From assembly GCA_965649825.1 (NCBI GenBank), contig OZ287704.1:236101-300100 (forward strand): a DNA stretch of 64,000 bases, given 5' to 3'. The position numbers and the translations under genes are program-made. Positions 37,218 to 51,044 of the stretch are shown here, piece after piece; position 1 is the first letter of the stretch; the number at the start of each line of letters is the position of its first letter. The stretch is from Penicillus capitatus. Its lineage: Eukaryota > Plantae > Chlorophyta. Under the pieces are notes generated by a model, which was not told the origin of the DNA, did no database searches, and saw only the letters and a program-made list of their open reading frames with translations.

Positions 37218-38992
37218 CTACTCCAACATGATGCAGGCAAACTTAGTTGTGATGGTGCACTCGACATTGCGGCAGATCTCTTGTTCCACACACATTGTAG
37301 CGTAGGAACATTTTGTGTCTCCACAAGGCTGGAGAGGTGGAACTTCGCAATTCCCTTTGATGGTTCCGCAAACTCTCTCATAGGTCACCGTGCACGCATC
37401 TTTGGCCACCCTCTTGCATGGCCCTTGACCTTTCTTAACAACGTCCTTGCATTCTTCGACGTCTGTAAAATCGCATTTTGGTTCCTCTATGGTATCGCAT
37501 ACTTCCTTATCCACAGTCTTGCAGTCGTCTCGCTGGACCTTTTGGCAGACCTCTTTCTGGGTCTTCTTGCAGACTTCCTTCTCTTCAGTAGTGCACTTCT
37601 TGTTCGCGACATCCTTACAGTCCTGTACGGTCGTGCACTGCGTTTCTTCGGTTGTGGTGCAAGTCACAGCATCTGTGGTGGAGCACTTCACTTTGTCCAC
37701 GAGGTTGCATTCTTCGACCTCGCTCGTGACACACTGCTCTTTCTCCACATCAACGCAGACTTTCTTATCGACCGTCTCGCACACGACTTCGTCAAAATAC
37801 TCACACTTCAGTCCGTTGGCGGTTTCACATTTCTCGCCATCTTTGCAATCGGCGGCTTCGGTATCATCGTCGCACTCTCCATGAGTAACTTTTTCACAAA
37901 CCTTCTTGAGGATGTTCTTGCACACTTCTTTTTTCCCAATTACACAATCGCCGCCTCCTTCAGGGCAGATCTTCTTCGATACTTTCTCGCAAACCTTCTC
38001 TGGCACATCTCTGCAGCCAAATGTGAAAAGGCGTCGTTCTTTCTGCTATGGCACTTACATGCAGTGCTCTTTGCATTTGGGTTTGTTCTCACACCTCTTC
38101 TTCGTGATCGTTTTGCATTTCTTATCCGGCACCACATTGCATTCAGGCACCGTCTTTTTCTCACACTTCTTCTGTGGAGTTTTCTTGCATTCACGGACTT
38201 TCTCAGTGGGACAGTCCTTTTGTGCCTCCGTCTTGCACACTTTACGTGGCACTTTCTCACACTTTTCCACGGGTTTACACACACGATCGGATGCATTTGT
38301 GCAAACAGTGCTCGGAATTTTCGTGCACTCTTCCTGAGGCTCTGTACGGCAAACCTTATCATCGACTTTCTCACACACTTTCTCCGGCTCCTTGCGGCAA
38401 TTGACTTTCTTCGAGACGAGTTTACACTCCTTGCGAGGAACAATGTTACATTCTCTCACTCTTAGATCTTCGCACTGCTGCTCATCCACTTTATCGCACA
38501 CCTTTCTCGGTTTGTCCACACACACGTCGATGCCCGCGCACACTGGTAATGGCGGATCCGGATCTACTCGCAATGAACCCGCTATCCAGATGGTGGATGA
38601 TACGACGTCGTGGCTTACTCGGAACGCAAACGGGTTTCTTTTCGCAAACTCTTTGGTCATTTGCGTTGGCGCCTTCTGTCGAGAAGAGACTCAGATAAGA
38701 CTCGTGCCGTTTTGAATCGGCGTCTCACTTGGACAGGACTTAAAAATGCGAGGCTGACAGACATACCCAGGCGAACATACGTTACATCCTTCTGCCGGCC
38801 ATCACAACACACGTTTACTTACCCATGAACCTGAAAGGAAGCGAGACGAACCCGGGACGAGGGCACCACAGTGAACGGCAGGAGCCAAAGCCTACAGTGC
38901 AGTCACGTCGTTAGACAAAGAGAACAGCCGGCTGTCATCTTTCTGCTTACGAGCAACAGGGCAACGATGATGAGGTTAGGGGTGAAGTTCAT
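37218..38992 (-). CDS. Secreted Cys-rich repeat protein (about 8-residue C-x7 period), 5 introns
   Basis: Signal-peptide-like MNFTPNLIIVALLL|ALAPAVHC followed by dozens of C-x7 repeats (e.g. KVCEKVPRKVCKTEAQKDC). All introns restore the frame. Confidence 0.8.
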
Positions 38993-39467
38993 CTTTGTCA
39001 GTCGGTGCCCTCTGAGCGAAGCAAACAGAGAAGACAACGGAGCCGGGACAGAAAATGGGACTATGAGTTCGTCGAGCTCGTTTCGCTTCGTTTTTGAGTT
39101 GCGCCAAAACAACGAACTGCTTACAGATAACAACGAACTTCTCAATGCGAAGAACTTCGCGATTCCACGTCAATCACCTCTTCACGAGGCACCTCTAATT
39201 ATGTCACAACGTTTGTGGACCTTACAGCAACAACAGTCAGCAGATTGGCATGCGAGACACAGGGTCCAATTGCAAAGCGGTTGATAACAGCCGTTGTCGC
39301 GCGCGTTTTCGAGACAGACCTTCCAAACAAAGAATGATAGCAATCTCAGTCTCGGTGTCATCCAAGTCGATCAGCGTCTAGAGAGAGCCGCAACGGCCGT
39401 CTGTACACCGAAAATCACCCAACCCAAAAGCAACGACTATCGACCCATAACACATCTGACTGAGGGA

Positions 39468-41235
39468 TTAGATCACTGTACCATCGGGGATGACGGCTCC
39501 CTTCAATACCACCACAATTCCGCTGCGGATGATGTAGCCCTCTTCTTCGCAGATCTTCTCTTCGACATTGTCTTTGTTCGTGATGTGCACGTTCTTTCCA
39601 ACTCTGGCGTTTTTGTCGATGATGCAGTTACGGAGCACCGTCCCTTCTCCGATGCCCATGGGCACCTCGCCCTTCTCGATCCTTTCTTGACGGACTTCTT
39701 CTTTTTCATAGAAATCGGCACCCATGACCATGGCGTCTTGGATATCGCTACCAGCGCCGATAATGGATCTCAATCCAATCACGGCATGATGAATAGTGGA
39801 CTTCTCGATGTGACATCCATGGCTCACGAGAGATTTCGTGACCTTTGAGTCTTGAATGGAAGACGGATGCAGTCCACGAGGTGATGTGTAGATCGGATAC
39901 TCTGGATCATAAAATTCAAAGTTAGATGGATCTTCCGTCAGAGCCAGATTGGCGTCAAAGAACGAACGAACGGTTCCGATATCTTCCCAGTATCCATCAA
40001 AGAGATAAGCACTGAGATAGTAGCCTTCGTTGTTGGCTCCCGGAATAATCTCACTGCCGAAATCATTGGCATCCATGAACAAATCGTTCAGCAAATTGAG
40101 CAAGACGTCTTTCTTGAAGATGTAGACGCCCATCGAGGCAATGTATGGCTGCTCAGCTGCTTTGACAGAATCTAGACCCAGTACTGTGGTATCGACCTTC
40201 ATTGCCTCCAGATCGGCCCCTTTGGGCTTCTCTGCAAAGTCTGTAATGCGTCCCTTGTCATCGATCTTCATCAGACCAAAGTCTGAGGCGCGTTGATCAT
40301 CGCATGGAATGCAGGCGATCGTGACATCTGCGTTCTTCTCCACGTGGTTCAGCACAAACTTCATGTAGTCCATACGATACCTGACAACAACACATTGAAA
40401 AGTGTGACCTTTCAAAAAGCTGAGTAGGTCACACAAGTGATCGCCGGAAAGGACGACGATGTGTTGGATCTTGCGGTTGCGGACATCGTCCAGGATCCAA
40501 CTGTAACGCCGCACGGCGTCTGCTGTCCCTTGAAACCATTCCTGTGGATTCGTAGGGGACAGTGTCGCTGCAAGGACCTCGACAAACCCTGTCATCATCA
40601 CACTTGTCACACATTTCTTGTTCATTTCGCTCCACCCACCTGCATTGCGTTTTCCGGCAAAGGTAACACCTCGGTTGTACGTGCGGCCCACATGTCTGTT
40701 CAGAGAGGTCGAATTATACTGCGTCAGCACATAGATTTTGTTGACGCCGCTGTTAATGCAGTTGCTGATAGGAATATCGACGAGGCGATAGGCTCCACCG
40801 ATCGATACAGCTGGTTTTGCTCGAGACTTCGTCAAGGGATAGAGACGCGATCCGGCACCGCCTCCCAATATCACCGCTACGAACATACGTCCATGCCACC
40901 TACTCGGCGACGCGAAAGATCACCGCAGACGGTATTGGAAATAAAACGCTCGACATTCGATTCCTGTCGCGCAGTCTCACTGAAAAGCGGTGCGCGGATC
41001 ACAGCCTGGATCTTTGCTGCTCTGGACGATCTGCACGTGTCAACATTTTGTCTTACATCGTCAACGAGCTTTGCTGCACCTACCCCTTCGGCACCGATTT
41101 CTTCGTCGTTCTCGCCACGAGTCGCGTTCCGCGAAACGTCGAGGTGTTCCATTTTCCAAGACGTCTTCTGAGAGGTGTCTGTGCTGCGCCGCGTGTGGCG
41201 AGTCTCGTCGATGGCAGACGGCCTTGCATCAACAT
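39468..41235 (-). CDS. APL: ADP-glucose pyrophosphorylase, probably the large subunit (STA1-like), plastid-targeted, 4 introns
   Basis: [48 protein letters not shown] and YWEDIGT. The IGGAYRL and NSTSLNRH variants resemble large subunits. Confidence 0.92.
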
Positions 41236-41353
41236 CTTGCCGTCGAGTGGTGGTCGCTTTCCGCTCTATCGAACGTACGCACGTCTCATCATGCCTTGCC
41301 TGTCATTTCGTGCGGCCGCTCCAGTGTCCCATTTTGTTTTCCAGACGAGGAGG

Positions 41354-44300
41354 ATGCCGACCGCGAAATGTGAAGCACCCGTGTTCCGTCCGTCAAAAGA
41401 AGCGTTCGAGAACCCGTTTGACTTCATTGAGTCGATCCGAGCAGAAGCGGAGCCCTTTGGAATTTGCCGTATCATTCCACCACCCTGTTGGAAACCGCAG
41501 TTTTCTCTCGACCTCAAGACATTCAAATTCCCGACGCGTGTCCAGTCGATTCACCAACTCTACAAGCGCGATGCCGCGGATGAGACGAAGGATAGTTGGT
41601 GGGAGAGCTACGTTGCGTTTCAGCTGTCCGAGAATAGAAAACAGAGAACGCGAAACCCCATACTTGGTGGGAAGGAATTGGAACTCAGGCGACTGTACAG
41701 CGCCGTGGAGAAACGCGGCGGATATCACAACGTCTGTCGTCACAAGCTGTGGAAAGACGTGGCCAAGTGTTTACAGGTAATAGAGAACCTGACTGACGCA
41801 TGATTGAACGCAGAAGTGCAAGTGACGACGTGGTCTTCGAACGTGTGGATATTTAGGTGCATTTGTCGAATGGAAATACGACGTACAGTTTGCGCAATGT
41901 CTACGAGAAGTACCTCAAGGAGTTTGAGGAACGTAACCTGGGGAAGGGGTATGTTCGTTCGGATAAAGGGTCGTCGTCGTCGGCCATGAGAGAAGAGACG
42001 CATATGGAGGCAATGGTGAAAAGGATGAAACAGGAGAAGCAGGAAGAACCGACACAGCAGCAGAGAAGAAGGGTACGTGCGTTTGTTGGCGGAGAGAATC
42101 GAAAAGTGTAAGAAATAGTGTGATGCGGTGCAGAGACGTAGCAGTCGTCGAGTGCCGAGTAATCTGGAAGCATTGCTCTGCGAGCACTGTGGTGGTGGCC
42201 AGTTCGAAAGTTGCATCATTTTGTGTGACAACTGTCCAACGAACGAGACAAAGGGATATCACACTTTCTGTTGCTCCCCACCGAGGGACAAAATCCCAGA
42301 TGGGAACTTTTACTGTCCAGAATGCAGCGCGACGCTCTTCGGACGAGATTGCTTTGCAGCAGGCCCAGATACAACGTACGAAGAATTCACCTCCTACGCC
42401 GAGGAGTTTGAAGCCAATTACGATACGTCCAAGTCCTCACACGAAGAACTGGAGAGTGATTTCTGGCGCATTGTTGAGAATGGAGACGAGGCGATTGAAG
42501 TTTTGTATGGAGCAGATATTCCGACAGGTACTTATGGATCCGGCTTCCCAACAACGCTTAAGGATCCTGATGCCTCGCATCCCATGAATTTAAACAACTT
42601 GCCGCGATCCCCTGCATCTCTATTGAGTCTGATTTCAGATGACATTCCGGGGGTCATCGTGCCGTGGCTTTATATGGGGATGAAGTATTCTGCCTTCTGT
42701 TGGCATGTGGAAGATCATCTGTTCTATTCCATCAACTATTTGCATAAAGGAGCTGGAAAGAAGTGGTATGGTATCTCATCGGAGCAAGCGGAGGCTTTTG
42801 AGACATTGCTGCGAACAAACATACTGAGAGATCAACTGAGGGAACAGCCAGATCTGCTCTTTCACATCACCACCATGGTGGCACCCGATCGACTGCGGGA
42901 ACATGGCATTCATGTGTGTGAGACACTGCAAGCGGAGGGAGAATTTGTGGTGACATTTCCGATGGCCTACCATGGCGGTTTCAATATGGGATTGAATATT
43001 GCAGAAGCCGTCAATTTTGCACCGATTCATTGGCTGAAATTCCGCCGACATGCTTCCATGCGATACATCAACCACAGAAAACCACAAGTACGGACCACCC
43101 GATTCCGCATACCCCATACAGAGGATGGATGGATGCTCTGTTGCAGGTCATTTCAGTCGAAGAGCTCATTCTTAAGGCGGCTCTCGAGTCAGGAGACGCT
43201 TTCAAGGGACATTATCTATACGAAGAAATCAATAAACTGGCTCAAGAGGAAGAACTTCATCGTCTCACCCTTTGGAATCAAGGTACCGCCGCCGTTGTCT
43301 ATGAAGTTTCGATGTTGCCGTGGTTCAGGCGTGGTAAAGAGTATGAAGATTTCCAGCAGTCATGGATTGAAAGCAGGGGATACAGAAGATATCTGCTGTG
43401 TCATCTGCCGTGACTATCTTCATGTCTCAGCCGCCGTCTGTTCCTGCTGCCATCGTCCTGTCTGCGTCCGTCACGTCAATCAGCAATGCGAATGTCCAAT
43501 GTCTTCCAGAACACTGCTCTACCGTTTCACTCTTGCTGAACTGTACGACATTCGAGACCAGTCCAATGACACGTCACATCAGCCAATAGATATCGACAGA
43601 CCCTCGAAAGGCACCAAAAGAGGTGTCCATACAGACCTATGTGAGAGTCAAGGCCTGACGAAGTTTGTCGCGTTTTTGGATCAGTGGAAGCAAAGAGCCG
43701 AAGCGGTCTTGGATGCCGACGATGTCAATTCCTCAGAAATGGATACGCTGCTGTACGAGGCGATGCAGTTCTTATGGGGCGGGCACGAAGTCGATCCCCT
43801 GCGCTGTCTGTACGCGCGTCTGAGAGATTCGATCGATTGGTACAATGGTCTAAATCGACTGGGACACGGATCCGAAGCCAAGATCACTGTCGAGGAGCTC
43901 AATGCATTGATCAACAAAACGCCGCATCCCAGTGACCATCCAGGCGTCCAGAGACTAAAGGAGATGCGTAAAGAAGTCCAGGACTGGATCTTGGAGACGG
44001 AACGCGTTTTGCATCCGAGTGGAGACATTGAACTCGAAATGCTGACCGCCTTCTATGATAAAGGACAGAAGATGAATGTTCTGTTGCCTGGACTCAACCT
44101 CATCAAGGAACGTGTGGCAGACGCTTGTGCTTTGCAGCAGAGCATTCGTGCTGTCTTCCATCCAACACCTTCCACACCTTTGCAGGATGTGGATGAACTC
44201 AAGATGCTGCATCGACGAACCAGAGATCTGAAGATTTGTTTTGACGACTGCCGCCAACTGGAGGCATTTTTGTCTATGATTGACGAATGGATTGAGATGG

Positions 44301-47300
44301 CATCCTCCAAACAAGATTCAACACTGACTCTGGATGCGTTACGTGGTCTCCTTAATGAGGTGAGCTGCTGCTGCTGCTGTTGTTCATAGAGAGGGTCTGG
44401 AGGATGACATTGTCTGTGGGTAGGTTGGATGCGTTGCTGCCAATATTCCGATGCTTCTGGCCCTGCGCCAGCGGTTGAGAGATGCCGAGGCATGGAACAT
44501 TCGAGCCAAGGAAGCCGTCCAACACTGCGATTCGATTCCAGCCATGCAAGCTCTGTTGGAACACGGTCGCACTTTGAACGTGATCTTTCCTGAAATGACA
44601 ATGTATGAGATGAAACTGGCTCAGTTAGAATGGAAAGAGAGAGCAAGAGAAGAGCTCGAAAAACCGCAGCTCACGATGGATGTCTTGACCGATTTACTGG
44701 CACAAGGCAAACAATGCGGCGGACAGGACACAGATTTCTTCAAAGATCTCGACAACCGTATTCAGACAGCGCGTTCGTGGCAGGCCAGGGCGGAGTCACT
44801 GTTGAAGAGGATCAAGGATCCGTGCTTGGAAGGAGACAAAGTTTCATTCCACACTCTACATGTTCTCATGGAAGATCCAGCCATTTCGACCGTTTTCTTG
44901 CCCGAGGTTCAGGAATGCAAAGAGGTCTTTCAGAACATCCAGCCACTGGCGTCCATCATCGAACAGACGATGACAGGCATGCAGAGTGGCCAATCTCTCA
45001 AGTCATGGGAAGTGGCACCTGTTGTGGCACAAGCCGAAAGCGTTGCTGTCTATTTTGAACATCTGGCTGAACTGAAGCGGCGCATTACTCTTGCCGAGAG
45101 CTTCTCAAACAAGGCCAAGAACATGTTGACCATCGGTCTGCAGCTGCGCCATCTAGATGAACTGAAAGATTTCTTGAAGATGGGAGACGCTTTTGTTTTG
45201 GAACATGGATTCAAGATCGCCGAAATGGATATTCTGTTGGAATGGGATACGAGATTGCGTCTGGAATGGCTGATGCATCGCTTACTATGTGATCCCGAAG
45301 AGGAAGAGGAAACAGAGCAATCGGGTCTGCCACTCGACACGGTTCCATTTTCGCCGTTGGAGATTCTTCGACACCGTTTCTCCGAAGCTGTCCAACGGCA
45401 GAAGACAGAACCGGCACGCAATCGCGATGAGAGGCCGCAGTTGGACGCCGTCTCTGCTGTGCTGGAACAGGCGAAATGCGTCAACGCCAATTTTCAACTC
45501 ATCAGCCGATTGGAGCGTGCCTACGCTGGCGGACTGAGATGGACAGAGTACACACAGGAAACCTTGCTTGGCAATCGCAAGCTGAAACCCATCGAGATCC
45601 TGAATCTGCTACAGTTTGGCAAAGACAACAGTTTCAAGCTCGAAGGCATCGATCAGCTCGAAAGTCTCTTAACAGCTTACTCTCAGTGGACAGAGGATGT
45701 GCAGAAGAAGCTTGCTGCTTTGGAGAAAGCGCGTCTGCCGTTGGAAGATGTGCAGAAGCTGCTGGTGGAGATTCAGCGTTCGTCTGTTATTCCTGACGAT
45801 GAAGTGGTCGACAAGCTGAAATCTGTTGTCCAGCCAGCGATGGAACTGAGAGATTCTCTTCAGAAGGAGCTGCACGGAACACTCGATTCGCTGTATGTCA
45901 CGGTGCAGAAGGTGGCTTCTGTGCTCCAGTGTCGAGACTGGAAACTGGCAGGCTTCAATGGCTGCTACTGTGGACAGCTACAAGGACTGGAGCCGCTCTT
46001 GACCTGTGCTAAATGTGGACATTGGTATCATGCCTCCTGTATTCCGACCGTCACAAAGTCTTCCCGTCGCTGGCTCTGCAATGGATGCAAGAGTGCAGCA
46101 CACAGACTGGAGACCCCCACCTGTTTAACCCTACAGAATCATCTGGCTGCCTATCGCCTGCTAAAAGTATCCATGTCTGAAGAGCGCGTTCTGGAGGCGA
46201 TGCTTTACCACTATCAGCTCTGGTTGAACAAAGTGGAGGAATTGTTAACAAGACATGAAGCAAATCAGACAGCAGATAGAGACCCTGCTGCCGTTCTGGA
46301 TGTCTCTGAGCTGTCATGCATCTGGAAACAGTCCATGGTCATTGGCATTCAGAGCAAAGATGTGACCGAACGGGCCATTCGTGCCATCAAAGTGACACAG
46401 TGTCGTTCCATCATCCAGGAACATCTTCAGGACAGGGGACTCACGTCCTTCGACATTCCTCGATGCAGAAAGGAAGAGATTCCATTGCACATCATTGACA
46501 AAAAACCTCAAGTTGAGATCGTGCGCATGTTTGTTGAGAATTCTGTCCAAACAGAGGATCCTGAAAAGATGGATCCTCTGGTCCAGGCTGCCAAAGCAGC
46601 GCTAGCCGTTGTGTATCAGTGGGAAGCAGAATGTCAGGAATTGACGGCATTGCTGAACCGACACAGAGGTGAACCGATTGAGCAAGTGCCTAAAGAGCTC
46701 TTAAGGCGTACGAGCGAACACATTGACAAAGCAACGACCATCCGTGTCCAAGTCAATCGTGATGCTCTGGAGCATCTCATCTTTCAGAGCACAGCCTACT
46801 GCATCTGCCGTCAGACGAATGATTCTGAGCGGCCGATGCTGGCATGCGAGGAAGAAGATGAGTGTCCGATTCTCTGGTTCCATCATAGGTGGCCTTGTTT
46901 TGACGCATACGTCGCATAGATGATCATTTTGATCTGTGCTGTAGATGCGTGGGATTGAATGAGAACGAAGCGCCGCCACCTGGTTATCGATGTCCACATT
47001 GCTGTTTGCGCAAGAGTCAGCAGTATCCCTATGCCCTTCCTCGGGGGTCAGCTATGGAACTGGCCCGTCAGATTGGTGCCACACAGCATCGTACATCTCT
47101 TCCCGTACCCACACAGACACAACAGCCTCCTGTGTCCTCGTGCGATCCGGGACAGCAGATTACGATGCATGGAATGGACATTGCCTCGCTCTTCTCAGAT
47201 GTGGCATCGCGTTGGGGTCAGTGGACGGATATAGAGCGGTTAAGAGTCCTAGAACATGTGGGCGAATGCGTCCGAGAAGAATCTCGTAGAATTCACGAAC

Positions 47301-47329
47301 AGCAACAAAGGGCAATACACTATCGATGA
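41354..47329 (+). CDS. KDM5: KDM5/JARID1-type histone H3K4 demethylase (JmjN-ARID-PHD-JmjC-C5HC2-PLU1-PHD-PHD), 6 introns
   Basis: APVFRPSKEAF (JmjN), LRRLYSAVEKRGG (ARID), CEHC...CDNC (PHD), WHVEDH...GEFVVTFPMAYHGGFN (JmjC), CVICRDYL...CVRH, and terminal PHDs. An alternative start lies at 41291. Confidence 0.93.
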
Positions 47330-47449
47330 ACAACACAGTGCGACTCTTGAAATTGGACACAGCGTGTTTGACATTGACCAGAAAGAATATCGATTTAAAT
47401 GATCCGTTGGCGTTTTTCTTGAGTGACAGGGTAAGGATCAAGATTCCTG

Positions 47450-47454
47450 TTACA
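47450..47454 (-). promoter_or_regulatory. TGTAA poly(A)-signal candidate for the MED15-like gene
   Basis: TTACA on the + strand, about 130 nt past the stop. Confidence 0.4.
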
Positions 47455-47585
47455 CTCAGAACAGGGCAGCTGCAAACAAGCATCTAGACAGAAATTTTGT
47501 TCTTCGGCCAACAGTAGCGCGATACACGCACAATGCGCCGTCCATTGGCAACAGAGGCGTGCACAGCGTCACCGTATCTACAAAA

Positions 47586-50500
47586 TTAAGGCAGGTCGTC
47601 CGTACAAGTGTCTACAAGCCACACGCGCAGGATGTCTTTCAATGAAACCAAAAGCATGTCATTGATTCTCCTAAGGAAACGATTCCTGATAAAAGCCAGT
47701 CTCTTGCTGTCAGGCAGGTGTGTAAATGAAATAGTGGGGGCCGTAGATGGGTAAGAACGGCTAATGATCAGCTTGATAGACTTCTCTGTATCCACAACAA
47801 CATTGTTGCCGTCGACATCCTCATCCTCCTCTTTATTCTTGAACGCTTTATATTCGACGGTCATACCCTCGTTGCCTTGTCCAGACGTGATGTGGAACGT
47901 CTGCGTCATATTCAATTCTTCTTGCAGATCTGCACACTCTTCTTGAATGACAGCATACAGTGGATCGTGATCCATATCCATCTCATTCATTTCTTGAGGC
48001 AATAGCGATGCCTTCATGGGTTTATCAGGCAATGCTACGTGCCATCATTCAGTCATACAGCAACAGAGGAGTCGGCATCGGCCTACTGTGAGCGAGCGGC
48101 AGATGACTTGGCTTGAAAGCCATTTGGGGAATGGACTCGCGAATTCTGGACGGAGAACATGGAGAAGGCTCCGTCGATGCCAGTGTCTCCAAGAATCGCC
48201 TGTCGTAGATGGAGGCATCGTCCTCATCGAGAAGCACATCACACAGCGAATCATGCGAATCGCCGACCCCTTGCTGACATCCATCAAGCTGCGCCAACAG
48301 AGAATCGATTTCGGCGAGTCTCGGTATATCACCCTCCACGGACTAAAACAGATACCCTTTCTTGAGCACACATACAGCATTGGAGGGGGAGAGGTTACGA
48401 TGTCGTCGTCATTGCTTGCGGCACATTCGAGTGGAGGGGTCACATCACCACGGATCTCTCGACCGTTGTTGGATGCCGTTTGATGGACATCAAAGGCCTG
48501 CACCTTGTGATCCCTGTTAGGTACAGTGGCAGCTGCTGGATTCAACTTCCGTCGAATATCTCTCGATCGAGGCGATGTTGCGACGTCAGTTGTGTAGCCT
48601 CTTTCTGGCGAAACCAGCTCTCGCTTTCGTCGCATGTCATGATGCGCCGCCGGGTTCGAGAGTGGCGGCTGAGTTTTGATCCCTGGATGAGGCAGCGGGT
48701 CATTTCCAAGCCGTGGCTGCAGCTGGAAGGCGATTGGAGATTTTGGACCTCTCTGTCTATGAAGGTGCTCCTTTTGACGCCTGACATCATCGGCATCATC
48801 CGCATTGTCAAGCACGATCACTTCATCGCGGTTCCCTACACAACAGGTTTCTGCACAGATCTCGATATCCTTCTGGATCAGACCTATATTCCCTGCTCGC
48901 GTTTCTCGCTCTTTCATATGCGATTTGCTACTTGAGATAACAGGAGGGGGCACCCTCTGATGACCAGCTGCTGCAGCTGTATAGTTTATTCTCCGACGCG
49001 ACGGAATTCTGGACGCTGGTTCGGAAAGACACGGAATCTCCTCTTGCTCCTCCAGCGCTGCATTGGCTGTCGAGTTTATGCTCTGTGGCGATTCCAGCTG
49101 CTCTCTGATCTGCTTGGTCTCGCCGATTAAGCTAAACATTCTCTTTTGGATCTTCGTCATCACGTCGTGCATTTCTTCTTGACGTGGCCAAGAATTGCGG
49201 CCGCTGAACATTCCCTTAATCGCCTGAATCGTTTTTCGAATATGCGCGGCACACGCTCCTGCTCTTCGATTCTGATGCGTCTCGTATGCTTTAGTGCAGA
49301 AAGCGTAGCACTCCTCAAGTTCGTGAAAGAGCGGAGAAATGTATTTCCTGCCCATCTCCTTCTCAGGACTCGGAAATCTCCTCTGCGGTACTCTTTCCAT
49401 CCGTGTGTGCATCATCGAGCCACTGTCACGTGCATAAACCGCTCCCGGTCGCATTCCTGTCAATGACGGATGGTAATCGTACGGATTGCCTGGGACAGCT
49501 CTTGTTCTCTGCTGCGGTGCAATCGGCTGCTGAGAAGGCATCACGGTTCTTGGCACATCATACTCTTGACGGTGAGATGGATGGAGTCTGCCTATGCATT
49601 CTGCGTATCCAGGATCATAGGGTGCTGGCACACCATGCGATACCATACCCCCATGCCTTGTTGTAGTTTGTTGGGTTGGCCAATTGGCATGCTTGTTTGA
49701 GTAGGAAGGTTGTCTCGATTTTCCTTCTGTGTGCTGAACTGGGTGAAGCATTGGCTGAGCTTGATCCGGACGAGAGGATGCAAAGAAACCTTCGATTCCT
49801 GATCCGACACGCATTGCATGGTCTGCACGTGTCGGAGCCGGTATGGCTTGAGCACTGAGATAATTAGCCGATCCATTGCTGTAGATCTGTTGGTGTTGCA
49901 TACGCGCTGAACTGGGATGATTGCGTGCGTGGTTGCCAGCGCTGTTCATAAACGACGGGGGAGAATACGATGCCTGTGATGGGAAAGATGGTCGCTCGGG
50001 GCCGTTGAGGGATCCCCTTCCTACTATTCTGCTTTCCGTTCCGTTAGCTACATATCCCCATGGTTCTGTCTGTGACATAACGAACTCAGCGGGCAGCTGT
50101 CTCTGATGATGGCCAAGACCTTCCATCCCATACAATACTCCGCCGCCACCGCCGCCGCCACTACCACCATTCTCAATTCCGTATCCCCCTTCCTGAAAAC
50201 ACTTCTCACACAAGAATGTGTGAGAAGATGATGTGACTTTAGCTGAGCAGTTGGAAAAATTCGGCGCATAGTTTGGATGCAGTTCGGTTGGGACTTGAGG
50301 GTAGGGATGATAACGGTTAGGCAATGTGGGATCAGCATGGAGAAATGGCGTGCCATTGACACTTCGTCGTTGCTGTTGCTGTTGCTGTTGCTGCACGAAC
50401 ATACCCCCTTCTTCCCTTGCATCCCTTCCCAGCATCCTTACCGCAAGTCGGCGTTGCTGCTCAAGGGACATGACGCCGCCATACTCCATAGGTTGCTGTG

Positions 50501-50640
50501 GATAGGAACGCAACGATGCCGTTCCGTTGTGCGGCATTGACGCTGCTGTCGCCGCCTCCTACAACGCACGTTCGCCATTGCGACGTCCCGACCGCGAACA
50601 CAACCTCACGCACCATTCCTTGCTGTGGGTTCATGCAAAT
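47586..50640 (-). CDS. Mediator subunit 15-like protein (Q/P-rich, C-terminal MED15-type domain)
   Basis: Long Q/P/H-rich region, a helical segment (RKYISPLFHELEECY...) reminiscent of plant MED15a, and C-terminal KLIISRSYPSTAP...SLKDILRVW. The start and internal splicing are unresolved. Confidence 0.45.
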
Positions 50641-51044
50641 CGGACGTTGTTGAGGGTCATGGGGCAACAGCGACGAGCGCGGCGTTTTCCGGCGTTCCGT
50701 TGTTGTTGGATAGTCCGACGTCGAATGCATCGCCCGTGTTTCGCTTCGGTGAACCCGACCAAAATTCGAGCTGCTGTCGTGCTCACTCACGAGGGTTATC
50801 GCGGCCGAACCCGACGAAGTTGGGAACGTCGTCGACGATAGATGACGGACTGGGCGACAAGAGGAAGAGAAAACAATCAACAAATGCGTCGACAAATGCA
50901 ACGGCAATGGATGTGCCGTAAAATGTGCGTTGCGCTGCGTGCGTTTCTTAGCGACAGAGAAACAACACGTCGCTCTTGGAACACGAAGTACGGCGACATC
51001 ATTCTGCGTTATCGTTTCAGCGCAAATTGTACGACAACACATCG

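Noticed and set aside
37206-38465. 419-aa hydrophobic ORF on the + strand
   Set aside because: Antisense shadow of the Cys/Lys/Glu repeat gene. The codon bias of the real strand suppresses stops, and no family motif is present.
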